In this document: piece after piece, positions 18,254-28,690 of the stretch
Layout: every line of letters begins with the position of its first letter
Numbering within the stretch: position 1 is the stretch's first letter
Notes under the pieces: generated by a model
What the model saw: only the letters and a program-made list of their open reading frames with translations
Databases searched by the model: none
What the model was told of the DNA's origin: nothing
Position numbers and translations under genes: made by a program
Origin: an uncultured virus (IMG/VR IMGVR_UViG_3300005080_000002)
Lineage: Duplodnaviria; Heunggongvirae; Uroviricota; Caudoviricetes
DNA: 64,000 nt
Strand: one strand, 5' to 3'
Virus record (IMG/VR): IMGVR_UViG_3300005080_000002

Positions 18254-18704
18254 TGACGTCATGAAGATTCAGGCAGCCAAGACAGCCCATGAAGTTAACT
18301 TGGCCCTGAAGCTTTTCCTCGGCGAAGAAGCCATGCCATGCTGGGACAAGCTCCCGGCAGAAATTAAGCACCGGAACATCATTGGGGTTAATGCGGTTAT
18401 CGACAACCCCAACATCACTCCGGCTGAAATCCACCAGACCTGGGTCGACGTCATGCTTAAAGAAGGCTGGCGTGTAGGTCCCAAGATCGATACCATCAAG
18501 AAGGCACATCCTTCCTTGGTACCGTACATGGAGCTGGAGGATAACCAGAAGTTGAAAGACGTGCTCTATCTGGCCGCAGTTAAATCTATCCTGCCGCTGG
18601 ATTACTCTGCCGCGCCTCAGCAACAGAAACAGCCGCAGAAACCTATCAACTTCGAAAACCAATCGCCTGTAAACCGCCAAGGTGCATCGTTCGACGAAGA
18701 ATAA
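18240..18704 (+). CDS. RyR (ryanodine receptor repeat)-domain protein, 154 aa
   Basis: Signature H..W...LKEGWRVGPKIDTIKKAHPSLVPYMEL...QKLKD; GGAGG RBS before ATG 18240. Confidence 0.8.
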   Translation: MSEINDVMKIQAAKTAHEVNLALKLFLGEEAMPCWDKLPAEIKHRNIIGVNAVIDNPNITPAEIHQTWVDVMLKEGWRVGPKIDTIKKAHPSLVPYMELEDNQKLKDVLYLAAVKSILPLDYSAAPQQQKQPQKPINFENQSPVNRQGASFDEE

Positions 18705-18783
18705 TCAGGAGTGGGGAAACCCACTCCTCTGTTATTTTTGACTCGTGCGGGAATTATTTGTACAAACAGGCCGGTATTACAAA

Positions 18784-20946
18784 ATGTCCAAATTCCTTAG
18801 ACCTTCTGCCGAATATGTTCGCGAGATAGATGTAATTGGTGGTTACTTCGAACAGGCCGCCCTTTACCTCCATCGCTCTACAGGCAAGCCAATTGCTGTT
18901 GTAGAAGAGTGGCTCAAAGTTCAGTTCGCCAAAGGCGGACGTTTTGAGTTGATCCCTCCTACAGTCCAGATTACGGTACGCGATCCCGAAACCGGCGATC
19001 GACGTGCAAGCTCTACCAACGTAGCCAGACTACTTAAGTTGGTAGCTGATAAGAAGTTGATCATATCGCCATCAATGACGGTCTATCTGCCACCGTCGGT
19101 GAAACGTTCTTTACTTTCCGAATTCATCGATGAGAACATCACGAAACGCGGTAAGGTAAAGAAAGAGATGCTGGCGGCTAAAGCAGCCGGTAACCATATC
19201 CTGGAACAGAACAAGTCCAACGAGCAGAACTCCCTGAAGACACGTAACAACGGTCTGTCGGGTGCCCACTCCTCACCGTTCACTATTCTGTTCAACAAGT
19301 CCACTCACTCTTCTCTCACGTCTACGTGTCGTTCTGCTACCAGTTACGGGAATGCTAATAATGAGAAGGTGTTGGCGGGGTCACGACACTATTGGGCCCC
19401 AGGGATAGTTATTAACAACATGTTGTCTATTTCTACACTAACCGACTTTGAAGAGTTTGGTGCGTGCATCCGTGACAACAACATGTATATCCCGACCGTC
19501 GATGACGTCATGGATGTAGTTGAATACTCCGCCAAGCTGTTCTGGCGTAATGGTAAAGCAATGCGACGTATCCGTGAGTTCGCTGAAAAACTCGAGCCTA
19601 TGGAACGTGCTGCTTTCGTCTACATTGGTGATCTGTACCACGTTGCCAAGTATAACGATGGTTTGATGCGCGGCATTATCACTGACTTTATTCAGCTGGT
19701 TGATGAGCCTGCTACCGAAGAAGAGATCGGTGAGATTCGCCAGACGTTGGATGGCGATACCACGGTCGTGCTTTCCCTGCTTTATTCTCATATCGTAGGC
19801 TCGCGTAACCTGTATAAGGTTAACGAAGAGAACCCGGAACAGTACGCAGTTATCATGAAGGGCGCACAGCGCATCTACGCATTGATTGACAAGTACCTGA
19901 AGTTCTTCCAGGCTATCCTAGTTACTCGCAATGTGCCAGCATCCATCGCCAAAATCCCTGAGACAATCCGTCGGGTATCTCTGGTATCTGATACTGACTC
20001 CACTATGGCAACCGCTATGTGGTGGTCGGATTGGTATTGTGGTGAGAACGCTATCGGTCAAGAGGCCGATGCAGTAGCTGATGTGGTATCGTATCTGGCC
20101 GTGCAGAATATCGCACACATGATGGCTAGAATGTCTACCAACATCGGCGTAGACGAGATGCATAAGTTCCGCTATGCCATGAAGAACGAGTATAAGTTTG
20201 CAAGCTTTGCTCTGACGAACAAGGCGAAGCATTACTTCTCGCTCATCACATCTCAGGAAGGGACGTTGTCTGAAGAACCGGAACTGGAAGTTAAGGGTGT
20301 AGCACTTCGTACCTCAAACATTCCACCGGTTGTAATGAAGGAGTTCCGTGCCACGATTAAACATCTGAGTACGGAAGTGATGGAGGGTCGTAATATCGAA
20401 CTATATCCTCTCCTTCGTAAAGTGGCCGCTATCGAGGAAAGCATTATCCAGTCGGTACGTGATGGTGACTATATGTACCTGAAGACTGGCCAAGTGAAGA
20501 CCAAAGAAGGTTACAGTAAACCTGAGTCGTCCAACTACCACTATTACGAGATGTGGGAGGAGGTATTCGCAGGTAAGTACGGTAACGTAGGGTTGCCGCC
20601 TTATGACGTGGTGAAGGTTTCAGTAGACTTGGATAACAAGACTCTGATGAGACGTTGGATAGATACGATGGAAGACCGTTCGCTGGCAGCTCGTTTGGCA
20701 GCATGGCTTCTGAAGAAAGGTCGTACCTATAACCAGCTGCTCTTGCCAGAGGCATTGTTGGGCAATGGTATACCGAAAGAAATCCTGGATGTAGTAGACT
20801 ATCGTCGAATCATCTTTGCATCGGTAGAGCCGTATTACCACATCCTTGAATCACTGGGTGTTTATACCATCGATAAGAACCGAACCAGACTTCTGTCTGA
20901 CTACTATGGCCAGTCCGTACTGGACAAATACAAGGAAGCTGCATAA
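18784..20946 (+). CDS. Family B DNA polymerase, subunit carrying motifs B and C (phiKZ gp50-like)
   Basis: Motif B KTRNNGLSGA, motif C VSDTDST, KNEY and ELEVKGV. No exonuclease or motif A, consistent with a split polymerase. Confidence 0.88.
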   Translation: MSKFLRPSAEYVREIDVIGGYFEQAALYLHRSTGKPIAVVEEWLKVQFAKGGRFELIPPTVQITVRDPETGDRRASSTNVARLLKLVADKKLIISPSMTVYLPPSVKRSLLSEFIDENITKRGKVKKEMLAAKAAGNHILEQNKSNEQNSLKTRNNGLSGAHSSPFTILFNKSTHSSLTSTCRSATSYGNANNEKVLAGSRHYWAPGIVINNMLSISTLTDFEEFGACIRDNNMYIPTVDDVMDVVEYSAKLFWRNGKAMRRIREFAEKLEPMERAAFVYIGDLYHVAKYNDGLMRGIITDFIQLVDEPATEEEIGEIRQTLDGDTTVVLSLLYSHIVGSRNLYKVNEENPEQYAVIMKGAQRIYALIDKYLKFFQAILVTRNVPASIAKIPETIRRVSLVSDTDSTMATAMWWSDWYCGENAIGQEADAVADVVSYLAVQNIAHMMARMSTNIGVDEMHKFRYAMKNEYKFASFALTNKAKHYFSLITSQEGTLSEEPELEVKGVALRTSNIPPVVMKEFRATIKHLSTEVMEGRNIELYPLLRKVAAIEESIIQSVRDGDYMYLKTGQVKTKEGYSKPESSNYHYYEMWEEVFAGKYGNVGLPPYDVVKVSVDLDNKTLMRRWIDTMEDRSLAARLAAWLLKKGRTYNQLLLPEALLGNGIPKEILDVVDYRRIIFASVEPYYHILESLGVYTIDKNRTRLLSDYYGQSVLDKYKEAA

Positions 20947-20966
20947 CAAAAAACTAGAGGAGGCCA

Positions 20967-22028
20967 TCAGGCCTCCTCTATTAGTTGATATATGTTTTCC
21001 TCAAATGTGCGGTATATATATGTGGAGAACTGCGTGGGCAGCTTCTCTAAAACTCGTGTGTCTTTCATCTGTTCATGATGCCGGACCCACGTCGACAACT
21101 TACCACTGTCAATTGACGAATCAGTCAACTTGGCAGCCAGCAGACCTAAGTGGATAAGCGGCAGCTGGAAAATATCCATAGTCCATTGGCACTGTCGAGT
21201 TTTGACCAAATCTGGTTCAGTCGTTAACTCGAAGGCGCTATCGGCAAATGGCAGTTGTATCTGATAGAGGTATTGTGAGATTGCTCGTGCACCGCTACCC
21301 ATGCGGTTAATGACATATCCAACATTATCTGCTATCTTGCCGTCAACATTAGCAAGAGGGAATTCGCGAAATGGTGCGTATTTAATCTCCGGTAATCCCG
21401 CCAGCTGGCGGTAGATACGATTGAAGTAACTGATATTCATGTAGGACTGAATAGCATTGAACATCGCGTACTTTGCTACGAAGTTCAAAGTGTTCTCCGA
21501 CGATTCGGAACGTCGTACGGCTTTTGCCCACATGATGTACTGGTACGCCAACATGGGTACGTTAATCGCGATTACCGCAATGGTATCAGTTGACTTATTT
21601 CCACCTAGACAAGTGTCCAGGTTTGTTTCACAATGGTATAAAAACTTGACAGGGGCCAGATGTTCCCACGGACCGGGTTCAAACTCAGTGTTGTGGAATA
21701 CTATGACTTCCTGTGCTCCGTCGAGCATGACGTTCTTGTGGGTCGTACCGTAGTTAGTACCAGACGTGACATTCATCGCGTTGGACAATTGGTACATCCG
21801 CTCCGTCATTGCATAGTGGAGTTCGTCCAAAGACATGCGTCGATTAAGTCCAAGGCTCTGTAAAATCCTCACTAAGAAGTGATTAGGTTTAACAAAGTCG
21901 GACGAAGCAATTACGCGGGCTCTACGGCGAAACAAGTTTTTATTAACAGTATCGCGTATATATTTGAAGGACGGGTCAATCGACCTTCCGCGCTGTACTG
22001 CGAGTGGACGATTTAGTAGTACGTTCAT
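20967..22028 (-). CDS. Conserved hypothetical protein (phiKZ gp52-like), 353 aa
   Basis: Reverse-strand gene between the DNA polymerase and the chimallin candidate, as in phiKZ-like genomes. Confidence 0.6.
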   Translation of the reverse strand: MNVLLNRPLAVQRGRSIDPSFKYIRDTVNKNLFRRRARVIASSDFVKPNHFLVRILQSLGLNRRMSLDELHYAMTERMYQLSNAMNVTSGTNYGTTHKNVMLDGAQEVIVFHNTEFEPGPWEHLAPVKFLYHCETNLDTCLGGNKSTDTIAVIAINVPMLAYQYIMWAKAVRRSESSENTLNFVAKYAMFNAIQSYMNISYFNRIYRQLAGLPEIKYAPFREFPLANVDGKIADNVGYVINRMGSGARAISQYLYQIQLPFADSAFELTTEPDLVKTRQCQWTMDIFQLPLIHLGLLAAKLTDSSIDSGKLSTWVRHHEQMKDTRVLEKLPTQFSTYIYRTFEENIYQLIEEA

Positions 22029-22042
22029 TCTGCCCCCATTCC

Positions 22043-22072
22043 AAAAAAAATCAGATATATTTTATCAGAGTG
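22043..22072 (+). promoter_or_regulatory. Phage early promoter of the chimallin candidate
   Basis: aaaaaaaatcagataTATTTTATc-agagtg, a variant of the repeated motif. Confidence 0.6.
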
Positions 22073-22140
22073 CAAGTTAGGAGTAAACACTAATCTCTGC
22101 ACGCGTGTACAAAAGATGATCTACCTATAAGGAAACGAGT

Positions 22141-24006
22141 ATGTCCTTCACTACTGGTGAAAACGAAAACAAAACCATCAACGACGTTCAAGCTGCTGAC
22201 AAGGGCAGTGAGCGTAAGCCGCGCAAACCTCGTGATGAACGCGATGCACCGATCCGTCAGAATACCGGCCGCATGGCCAGTTTCCGTAACATCGGCGAGT
22301 ACGGCCGCGCCGAAGAAATGCACAAGACCTACCAAGAGATCGTCAAGACTCAAGGTGGTATCGCTGGTGAACTGCTGCCGGTAATCGGCGACGTCCGCCG
22401 TGAACTTTCCGATGAGTTCGGCTACCTCATCTACCTGACCCAGCACGCCGGTGAAACCTTCTGGCACCTGCTGGTTCTGGAATCCCAGAAGTGCCCGGTC
22501 ATCAAGCGTCCGGTGAACGACCGTGGTGCTCGTCGTCGCGATGAAGACGTGTACGAGTTCTTCACCACCACCGATGGTATCACCGTCGAGCTCAACGAGC
22601 TGATGGAAGACTACATCAAGACCGCCGTCGAAAATGCCGGCAACCTGGTTGCGACTTCCGTAACCGTTGTTCCCTGCGAAATCGACGTCACTGATCCGCT
22701 GGCTATCCGTCCGTTCCTCATGTCTGCTGACGAAGCCAACTGGACCATCGCCGGTATCGACGATCCGTTCAACGGCGACTACCTGCCCGAAGGCGGTTCC
22801 GTACGCGGTAGCCTGAACTTCCAAGTCGGTGCCACTGCAAAAGACCTGTCCGGTCAGCCGCTGCGTGCCGACTTCGTCGGTTCCATCCGTGAACATCTGG
22901 AGCGTACCAACCCGAACCTGCTGATGGCCAACGACAAGGGCGACACCTTCGTAACCTTCGCCGGTTACGTTGATGCCCGCTACGTCGGTGTGCGTGACGA
23001 TGGCGATCGTCGTCGTCGTCGTGACGAGGAAGTCGAGACTGCCTGCTTCGCCCCCGAAGTAGTCATGACCGAAGTCGACCTGTACCACGAAACCAAGAAC
23101 GGCCCGCTGGCCCGCCTGGCTCTGGCACTGTCCTTCCTGCCGCAACTGAACACCAACTTCCGTTGGGTTCAGCAGTTCGCTCCTTCCACCGCGAAGAACC
23201 AACTGCGCGACATCACCGGTTTCGGCTACGGTTTCGACCCGGATGGTCCGATCGCCCCCGATCGCATCCTGGCCACTGCCGAAGATCTGCACGATGACAA
23301 GACCTTCAACCGCCTGCTCGACAAGATCTTCGACACCGAAGATGGCGTCGACTTCGCATACCTGATTCGCGAAGGTGGTGTTGGTTACGCAACCGCCAAG
23401 GTTCTGATCGACCTCTACAACGGCTCCGATGCCGCCGAAGATGCTCTGATCCAGGCCCTGGATGATCTGACCGACAACGAGTTCTCCCGTCTGTGGAACA
23501 AGGTCGAAGACCAGACCATCGTCGCTGATGTGCTGCGTCTGCCCAACGGCTACTACACCGCCGAAGACGGTATCCGTCCGATCGAAGACATCGACATGCT
23601 GGCAGTGCTCAACCGCCTGACCAACAAGAACGATGACTACCTGGACGACTACCTGGCCTGTACCACTCCTGGTGACGACTGCCCGTACGACTACAACGAG
23701 CGTATGACCCGCCTGGTCGCGATCTACGACTACGTTACCGGTCGTACCTTCGTCCAGAAGGGTGTGTCCACCAAGGTCTGGTTCGGTTCCGACTTCCTCG
23801 AGTGCGTCTTCGCAGCCGTGGAGCGTTCCGATCTGGCCCTGACCATGGACGTGGATGGCGATTCTTCCTTCGGTCGTCGTTCCCGTGCGGTCTCCCGTCG
23901 TCACGGCGTCGCCAACAACCTGGCCCGCCGCGAATCCCGTCGTCACAACTCCCGGACCCGCTCCGGTGGCTACGTTAACACCAGCTACCGTCGTGGTGCC
24001 CGCTAA
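22141..24006 (+). CDS. chmA: Chimallin, major phage nuclear shell protein (phiKZ gp54-like), 621 aa
   Basis: Size about 620 aa; immediately upstream of the nvRNAP beta' N-terminal gene; strong C-ending codon bias suggesting very high expression; own early promoter and terminator. No catalytic motif to check, so the call rests on synteny. Confidence 0.8.
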   Translation: MSFTTGENENKTINDVQAADKGSERKPRKPRDERDAPIRQNTGRMASFRNIGEYGRAEEMHKTYQEIVKTQGGIAGELLPVIGDVRRELSDEFGYLIYLTQHAGETFWHLLVLESQKCPVIKRPVNDRGARRRDEDVYEFFTTTDGITVELNELMEDYIKTAVENAGNLVATSVTVVPCEIDVTDPLAIRPFLMSADEANWTIAGIDDPFNGDYLPEGGSVRGSLNFQVGATAKDLSGQPLRADFVGSIREHLERTNPNLLMANDKGDTFVTFAGYVDARYVGVRDDGDRRRRRDEEVETACFAPEVVMTEVDLYHETKNGPLARLALALSFLPQLNTNFRWVQQFAPSTAKNQLRDITGFGYGFDPDGPIAPDRILATAEDLHDDKTFNRLLDKIFDTEDGVDFAYLIREGGVGYATAKVLIDLYNGSDAAEDALIQALDDLTDNEFSRLWNKVEDQTIVADVLRLPNGYYTAEDGIRPIEDIDMLAVLNRLTNKNDDYLDDYLACTTPGDDCPYDYNERMTRLVAIYDYVTGRTFVQKGVSTKVWFGSDFLECVFAAVERSDLALTMDVDGDSSFGRRSRAVSRRHGVANNLARRESRRHNSRTRSGGYVNTSYRRGAR

Positions 24007-24027
24007 CCTACAAGTTAGCTATTAAAC

Positions 24028-24060
24028 CGAAGAGGGCCTCGCGCCCTCTTCTTTTTTTCT
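24028..24060 (+). terminator. Rho-independent terminator
   Basis: gaagagggc-ctc-gccctcttc followed by a T run. Confidence 0.8.
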
Positions 24061-24082
24061 TAGTACGTACTCGGAAAAAATA

Positions 24083-25591
24083 ATGCTGACTAAAAAAAGA
24101 AATGGCATAAGTCTCGTACTTAAGAGCCACGAGTTAATCTTTCGTAAGCTGAAGATCAAACCGATCATCATCAACGACATCGCCACACAGTACAGTAGCA
24201 TCCAAGCTGCTGAAATGATCAACGAGCTTATTCGTACGCACTATGCTGACGATAAACTGAATACCCTGCCGTCCTGCGGCTGTGGTGCGTTGACCGGTGG
24301 ATTCAATGAAGGTCTGGATTGCGTTCAACCTGATTGTCCGTCACCTCGTGTGGAGCGGATTATCGACAGGCCACTTGAAGCTCAAATCTGGCTGCGAGTA
24401 CCTGAAGGCATTCCGGCGTTTGTAAGTCCACGTTTCTGGGCATTCTTTAATGCCAACTTCAGCGTTACCAAGCTGGACTTGATGGAATGGTTAACCAACC
24501 CGTCATACCAGCCGCCAACGCCGTACTCCGATAACGTACAAGCGGTCATTGATTGCTTGCAGGATAACGGCATTGAACGAGGTCTCTCGTTCTTCTATTA
24601 CAACTTCGATAAGATCATGGACGTGGTCTTAAATCCGAATCCGTTCTTGAAACACAAGACGGGTAAGGAAGGTCGAGCATGGGCTAAGGAGCAGACGTGT
24701 ATCAAAATGCGTCGCTTTGTGCGGATGTATCGCAATTGCATCTTCACGAGACTCCTCCCGTTCCCGTCTAAGTTGGTTATGGTGACCGAGCAATCAGGCA
24801 ATACGACGTACGTGGATCCGACCATGACGCCGGCATTCGACGCAGTCAAAACGCTGTGTTCGATTGAGAATAGCCCGACTCGGTTATCAGCCACAACAGT
24901 CAATGGCCGTACGGTGCGCATCATTAAGCAGTTGGTGCAATACTATTCAGGCTTTAAGACTGAGACCTGTGGTGGTAAGAAAGGTATCTTCCGACGTCAG
25001 TTGGGATCTACCCGTTCACCATTTACCGGTCGTGCAGTAATCGCCCCGCTCTCAATGGATCATGAGTATGATGAAATTCATACGCCGTGGTCGTGGACGG
25101 TTTCGCTATTGCGCGTACATATTGCCGGGCAGCTCCTCAAAGCACCCTACAACATGACTCCGCCGCAAATCCTCAAGAAGATTGACCAAGGGACGGTGGC
25201 CTATTGCCCCATCATCCATGAAGTCATCAACAAGATGATTGCAGATTCACCCGAGGGCGGTATTCCTCTGGCTCTGCTGCGTAATCCGACATTGGAGCGC
25301 CTCTCCGACCAACCCTTCCGTATTACGAAGGTACTGACCAACACTGCCGTGCATGCAATCCTGATTTCCGTATTGGCCATTAAAGGTTCCAATGCTGACT
25401 TTGACGGTGACATGCTCCAAGGTAAGTTGCTCATCGACAACCGTGAGAAAGCCCAGTTCAAACGGCTGGCTGCTCATAACGGTTTGATTGATAGCGATAA
25501 GGCACGGACTATTAAAGGGGTTATCACGCTCCACCCCGAGGTCATCTCTATGACCAATAAGTTCTTCGATACTTATCGCGTAGCTGTATAA
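24083..25591 (+). CDS. Non-virion RNA polymerase beta' N-terminal catalytic subunit (phiKZ gp55-like)
   Basis: Zn motif CGCG...C...C, GKKGIFRRQL, FTGRAVI, RNPTL and catalytic NADFDGD. Confidence 0.92.
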   Translation: MLTKKRNGISLVLKSHELIFRKLKIKPIIINDIATQYSSIQAAEMINELIRTHYADDKLNTLPSCGCGALTGGFNEGLDCVQPDCPSPRVERIIDRPLEAQIWLRVPEGIPAFVSPRFWAFFNANFSVTKLDLMEWLTNPSYQPPTPYSDNVQAVIDCLQDNGIERGLSFFYYNFDKIMDVVLNPNPFLKHKTGKEGRAWAKEQTCIKMRRFVRMYRNCIFTRLLPFPSKLVMVTEQSGNTTYVDPTMTPAFDAVKTLCSIENSPTRLSATTVNGRTVRIIKQLVQYYSGFKTETCGGKKGIFRRQLGSTRSPFTGRAVIAPLSMDHEYDEIHTPWSWTVSLLRVHIAGQLLKAPYNMTPPQILKKIDQGTVAYCPIIHEVINKMIADSPEGGIPLALLRNPTLERLSDQPFRITKVLTNTAVHAILISVLAIKGSNADFDGDMLQGKLLIDNREKAQFKRLAAHNGLIDSDKARTIKGVITLHPEVISMTNKFFDTYRVAV

Positions 25592-25600
25592 GGAGAATCC

Positions 25601-26203
25601 ATGGCAACTCGTATAAGCGGATATGACAACAGGTCTGTGCGTGACCTGATGTACTACCGCCCGGACCGCGAGATAGAAAACTATCACCAGTCTCGAGCTA
25701 GCTCTAGACGGGTTTCTGACGCATTTCGTGAGCGGACTAACAACCTGATCTCCAAGGTGCGGGAAAGTAACGCATATCGTGCTACACTGGCTTCTGTTCG
25801 ACGTTTGAAGAACCGTGGCCGTATAGATGTAATCAGCCAACTGACCGACATTGGCGCAATGCAAAATGCGACGCCGGTTATGCAGCGGATTATCATGGCC
25901 AACCCCAGGGTGCGCAATCGCTACCGTAAACGCATGGTCGAAGGTTACCACGGTGAATACGTCGAACCTAACAAGTTCGAATATAAGCACAGTGATTACA
26001 CCTATCGCCAAATCATGCATGGTGTTGCCGAACTGAACGAAGCCGAAGTAACTGCCACTACCTACCACTTGGACATCGATGAACAAGACATCATGACCGA
26101 GTTCGACCGTAGTGAGGCACGTATAACTTGGGCTGCAATCGAACGTGCGCTGGAGCGCGGAGAAGATGACCCGACTTCTATCTTCAATGCCCGCCTTCGC
26201 TAA
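25601..26203 (+). CDS. Conserved hypothetical protein, 200 aa
   Basis: AAGGAG RBS; within the nuclear-shell gene block. Confidence 0.75.
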   Translation: MATRISGYDNRSVRDLMYYRPDREIENYHQSRASSRRVSDAFRERTNNLISKVRESNAYRATLASVRRLKNRGRIDVISQLTDIGAMQNATPVMQRIIMANPRVRNRYRKRMVEGYHGEYVEPNKFEYKHSDYTYRQIMHGVAELNEAEVTATTYHLDIDEQDIMTEFDRSEARITWAAIERALERGEDDPTSIFNARLR

Positions 26204-26468
26204 CTACCTCAAGTTAACCATCAAACGCTACAAAGTGGCTTGGCCGTTTATCAGAAAGGTGGCTGGCCAGGCCACGATATCCTATGTACATCGAGACAGA
26301 TTCCAATTGGTATATCTGGACAGACAACCTGATGAGTTGGATTCAATTGCCCATGTGATTGGATTCAATAACTTCGGGATGCCTGTAACACTCGACGGGG
26401 AGAGTATCGAGTATTTGTATGGTTGGCCAAACGTATTATGGCTGGCTTGGGCTTTACGCAATATATAA
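26187..26468 (+). CDS. Hypothetical protein, 93 aa
   Basis: Fills the gap before the terminator at 26469-26497; start uncertain. Confidence 0.45.
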   Translation: MPAFANYLKLTIKRYKVAWPFIRKVAGQATISYVHRDRFQLVYLDRQPDELDSIAHVIGFNNFGMPVTLDGESIEYLYGWPNVLWLAWALRNI

Positions 26469-26514
26469 AGGAGGGGCTTCGGCCCTTTCTTTTTTTGCAT
26501 TTGGGGCAATAGCT

Positions 26515-26928
26515 ATGGCTGAACGAGTGAAGGGTACGTTGTCCACATTAGGGTGGGCGAGGACGCCTGAGAGTAGAATGGACCGTGTGTTGACAGATTA
26601 TCTGAGCGCTAACCCGTCACAGACTATCTTCTATCGCGGTAATGTCAATTCGCTACAGAGTGACATATTCTCCTGCGGCGGTAATGTTGACCAGCTGATC
26701 CAGTACATCAAGCGTAGTCTTGGTTTGGCGTACAGCCGTCAGTTCCCAGAGAACTCTACGGTGGAAGTTACGTATACGCCAGATACGATACGGCCCGACA
26801 AAGTGGACATCCACATTTCGGTTCTGGTGTACGAAAATGGGGTAGCTTATGACCTCTCGCGAGTGATTAACGCTATCGATTCCGTATTTGTCTCTTCGCA
26901 AAATGCGGTAGAGCTAGTTAAAAATTAA
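26515..26928 (+). CDS. Putative baseplate wedge / sheath-initiation (T4 gp25-like) protein, 137 aa
   Basis: Size and helix-then-beta pattern (IKRSLG...STVEVTY...VDIHISVLV) resemble gp25-like proteins; weak call. Confidence 0.4.
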   Translation: MAERVKGTLSTLGWARTPESRMDRVLTDYLSANPSQTIFYRGNVNSLQSDIFSCGGNVDQLIQYIKRSLGLAYSRQFPENSTVEVTYTPDTIRPDKVDIHISVLVYENGVAYDLSRVINAIDSVFVSSQNAVELVKN

Positions 26929-26959
26929 TTCCACGGTTATCGTTTGAAAGGAGAACATC

Positions 26960-27553
26960 ATGGAAAATATCGAGCATATCGAATACGATCCCGACGTCAA
27001 AATGGCGCCGATGGAACTGCACGAACTGAACAACGTAGAGGCAATCCTCAAAACTGTTCAGCTCAACCCCATCAGTAACTACACCTATTCGCAGTTCCGA
27101 CAAAAGCTCCTGCCTATCATTGCCACGGCATCCACCGGCGAGTTTAATATCACTGCCTGGCTGGAGGAAGTAGAACACCCGTTCGTAGAAGTACATATCT
27201 ACGATGGCGACACCCTACGCTACAAAATCCCGCCGTTGCTCGATCAGCAAGAAACAGTTGTTCCGGCCGACGGCTCCCGCATTGGCGACCACATCCAGGA
27301 GCTGCTGTCTATCCGTTCCGGCAGTGTGCAGCAGGCTAACCGTGTGATGCTCAATGCATTGTCGCGTACTAGCGATGCTTCCTACGATCGCCTGGAGCGG
27401 GCCAATGCCGTGCTCAAAGCACTCAATGTAATTCTCACCGACCACAACTACCCGCCTGTACCGCTGGGCGAAGTTCGTGCTACTGACCAAATTGACGCTC
27501 CTAACGCGGTAAGTGAGGATGTCGTCGTTGTAACCGGATACGACCCACTGTGA
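26960..27553 (+). CDS. Conserved hypothetical protein, 197 aa
   Basis: AAGGAG RBS; GTGA overlap with the next gene. Confidence 0.75.
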   Translation: MENIEHIEYDPDVKMAPMELHELNNVEAILKTVQLNPISNYTYSQFRQKLLPIIATASTGEFNITAWLEEVEHPFVEVHIYDGDTLRYKIPPLLDQQETVVPADGSRIGDHIQELLSIRSGSVQQANRVMLNALSRTSDASYDRLERANAVLKALNVILTDHNYPPVPLGEVRATDQIDAPNAVSEDVVVVTGYDPL

Positions 27554-28683
27554 AACGTTTGCCTGTAGTGCCGTCAAAACCGAGCGGCGCTTTCCGCTCC
27601 CTTACCATCTCTGACCTGCACTGGGGGCATCGTAATACATTTACTGCACATGCACTGGACAATCTTAGGAACAACGTCATTAATGTGGCGGTACTGTCTT
27701 CGGTAGATGTCCTGTTTATCACAGGAGACGTGTTTGATCGTCTCCTCACTATTCCCCAAGGCGGCGAGATATACTCGTTCGTTGTCGAACTGTTGACCCT
27801 TTGCAAGAAAACCAACACGCCGATTCGTTTATTGGAAGGTACACCATCCCACGATTGGAAGCAGAGTAAGATCTTTGTTACCATCAACGAATCCAATGGC
27901 ATTGGTGCTGATCTGCTTTATGTAGATACGCTCGCTATTGTAAAGGATCCTACGCTGCCTTATGTTATCGGCTACATTCCTGACGAAATCCGGGCTACGC
28001 CAGAAATAGCCACACGAGATTTCAAGGAGCTCATGGTTACCAATGGTTATCAGCAACTAGATTTCATCTTGATGCATGGTCTATTCGAGTTCCAACTGCC
28101 GATAGAGTTACCCTCCTATAGTTCCGAAGAGTTCATGCCGCTGGCCAAGTACATGATCTTTATTGGACACGACCACAATCGAAAGGAGAAAGGTAATATT
28201 ATTATACCTGGCTCCCATGACCGTAATGCACATGGTGAAGAAGGTGAGAAAGGTGCGATCATCACCGACATCGTCGATGAGAAGTGCTACAACTACTTTA
28301 TACCCAACGTCGGCGCTATGCCTTACATTACGCTTTCCTGTCAGGAAATGACAGACGAGGCGGTAGTAGCGTTGGTAGAAAAAACGGTCAGTGAAATGTC
28401 AGGTGGGTATTTGTCCATTAAACTCAATGGCGATACCAATCTCAAGACACAAGCTAAGCAGTGGGTTAAACGTACCGTACCGACGATCAAAGTGGACTAT
28501 GTGTCCAATGCGATAACGCGGGAAATTACAACCGAGATGTTCAAAACACGCCACCTCGGCGTAAATATAAGCAGCGATACTGTATCCCAACTTATCTGTG
28601 ACGAAGTTTGTGAAAGTGCAACCGATGATGAGTTGGCGCAAATTAAACGGACTATCGAACAGATAAAGTCCAAGGTTAAGTAG
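27550..28683 (+). CDS. Mre11/SbcD-like metallophosphoesterase nuclease
   Basis: Motifs SDLH, GDVFD, GTPSHD, MHG and GHDH in the canonical order. Confidence 0.88.
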   Translation: MKRLPVVPSKPSGAFRSLTISDLHWGHRNTFTAHALDNLRNNVINVAVLSSVDVLFITGDVFDRLLTIPQGGEIYSFVVELLTLCKKTNTPIRLLEGTPSHDWKQSKIFVTINESNGIGADLLYVDTLAIVKDPTLPYVIGYIPDEIRATPEIATRDFKELMVTNGYQQLDFILMHGLFEFQLPIELPSYSSEEFMPLAKYMIFIGHDHNRKEKGNIIIPGSHDRNAHGEEGEKGAIITDIVDEKCYNYFIPNVGAMPYITLSCQEMTDEAVVALVEKTVSEMSGGYLSIKLNGDTNLKTQAKQWVKRTVPTIKVDYVSNAITREITTEMFKTRHLGVNISSDTVSQLICDEVCESATDDELAQIKRTIEQIKSKVK

Positions 28684-28690
28684 AGGGTTT

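Noticed and set aside
22090..23946. 618 aa antisense ORF opposite chimallin, and similar long antisense ORFs at 32033-33232, 50971-52200, 54271-55494 and 58498-59343
   Set aside because: Shadow frames expected from strong codon bias in the sense gene; no RBS and no recognisable motifs.
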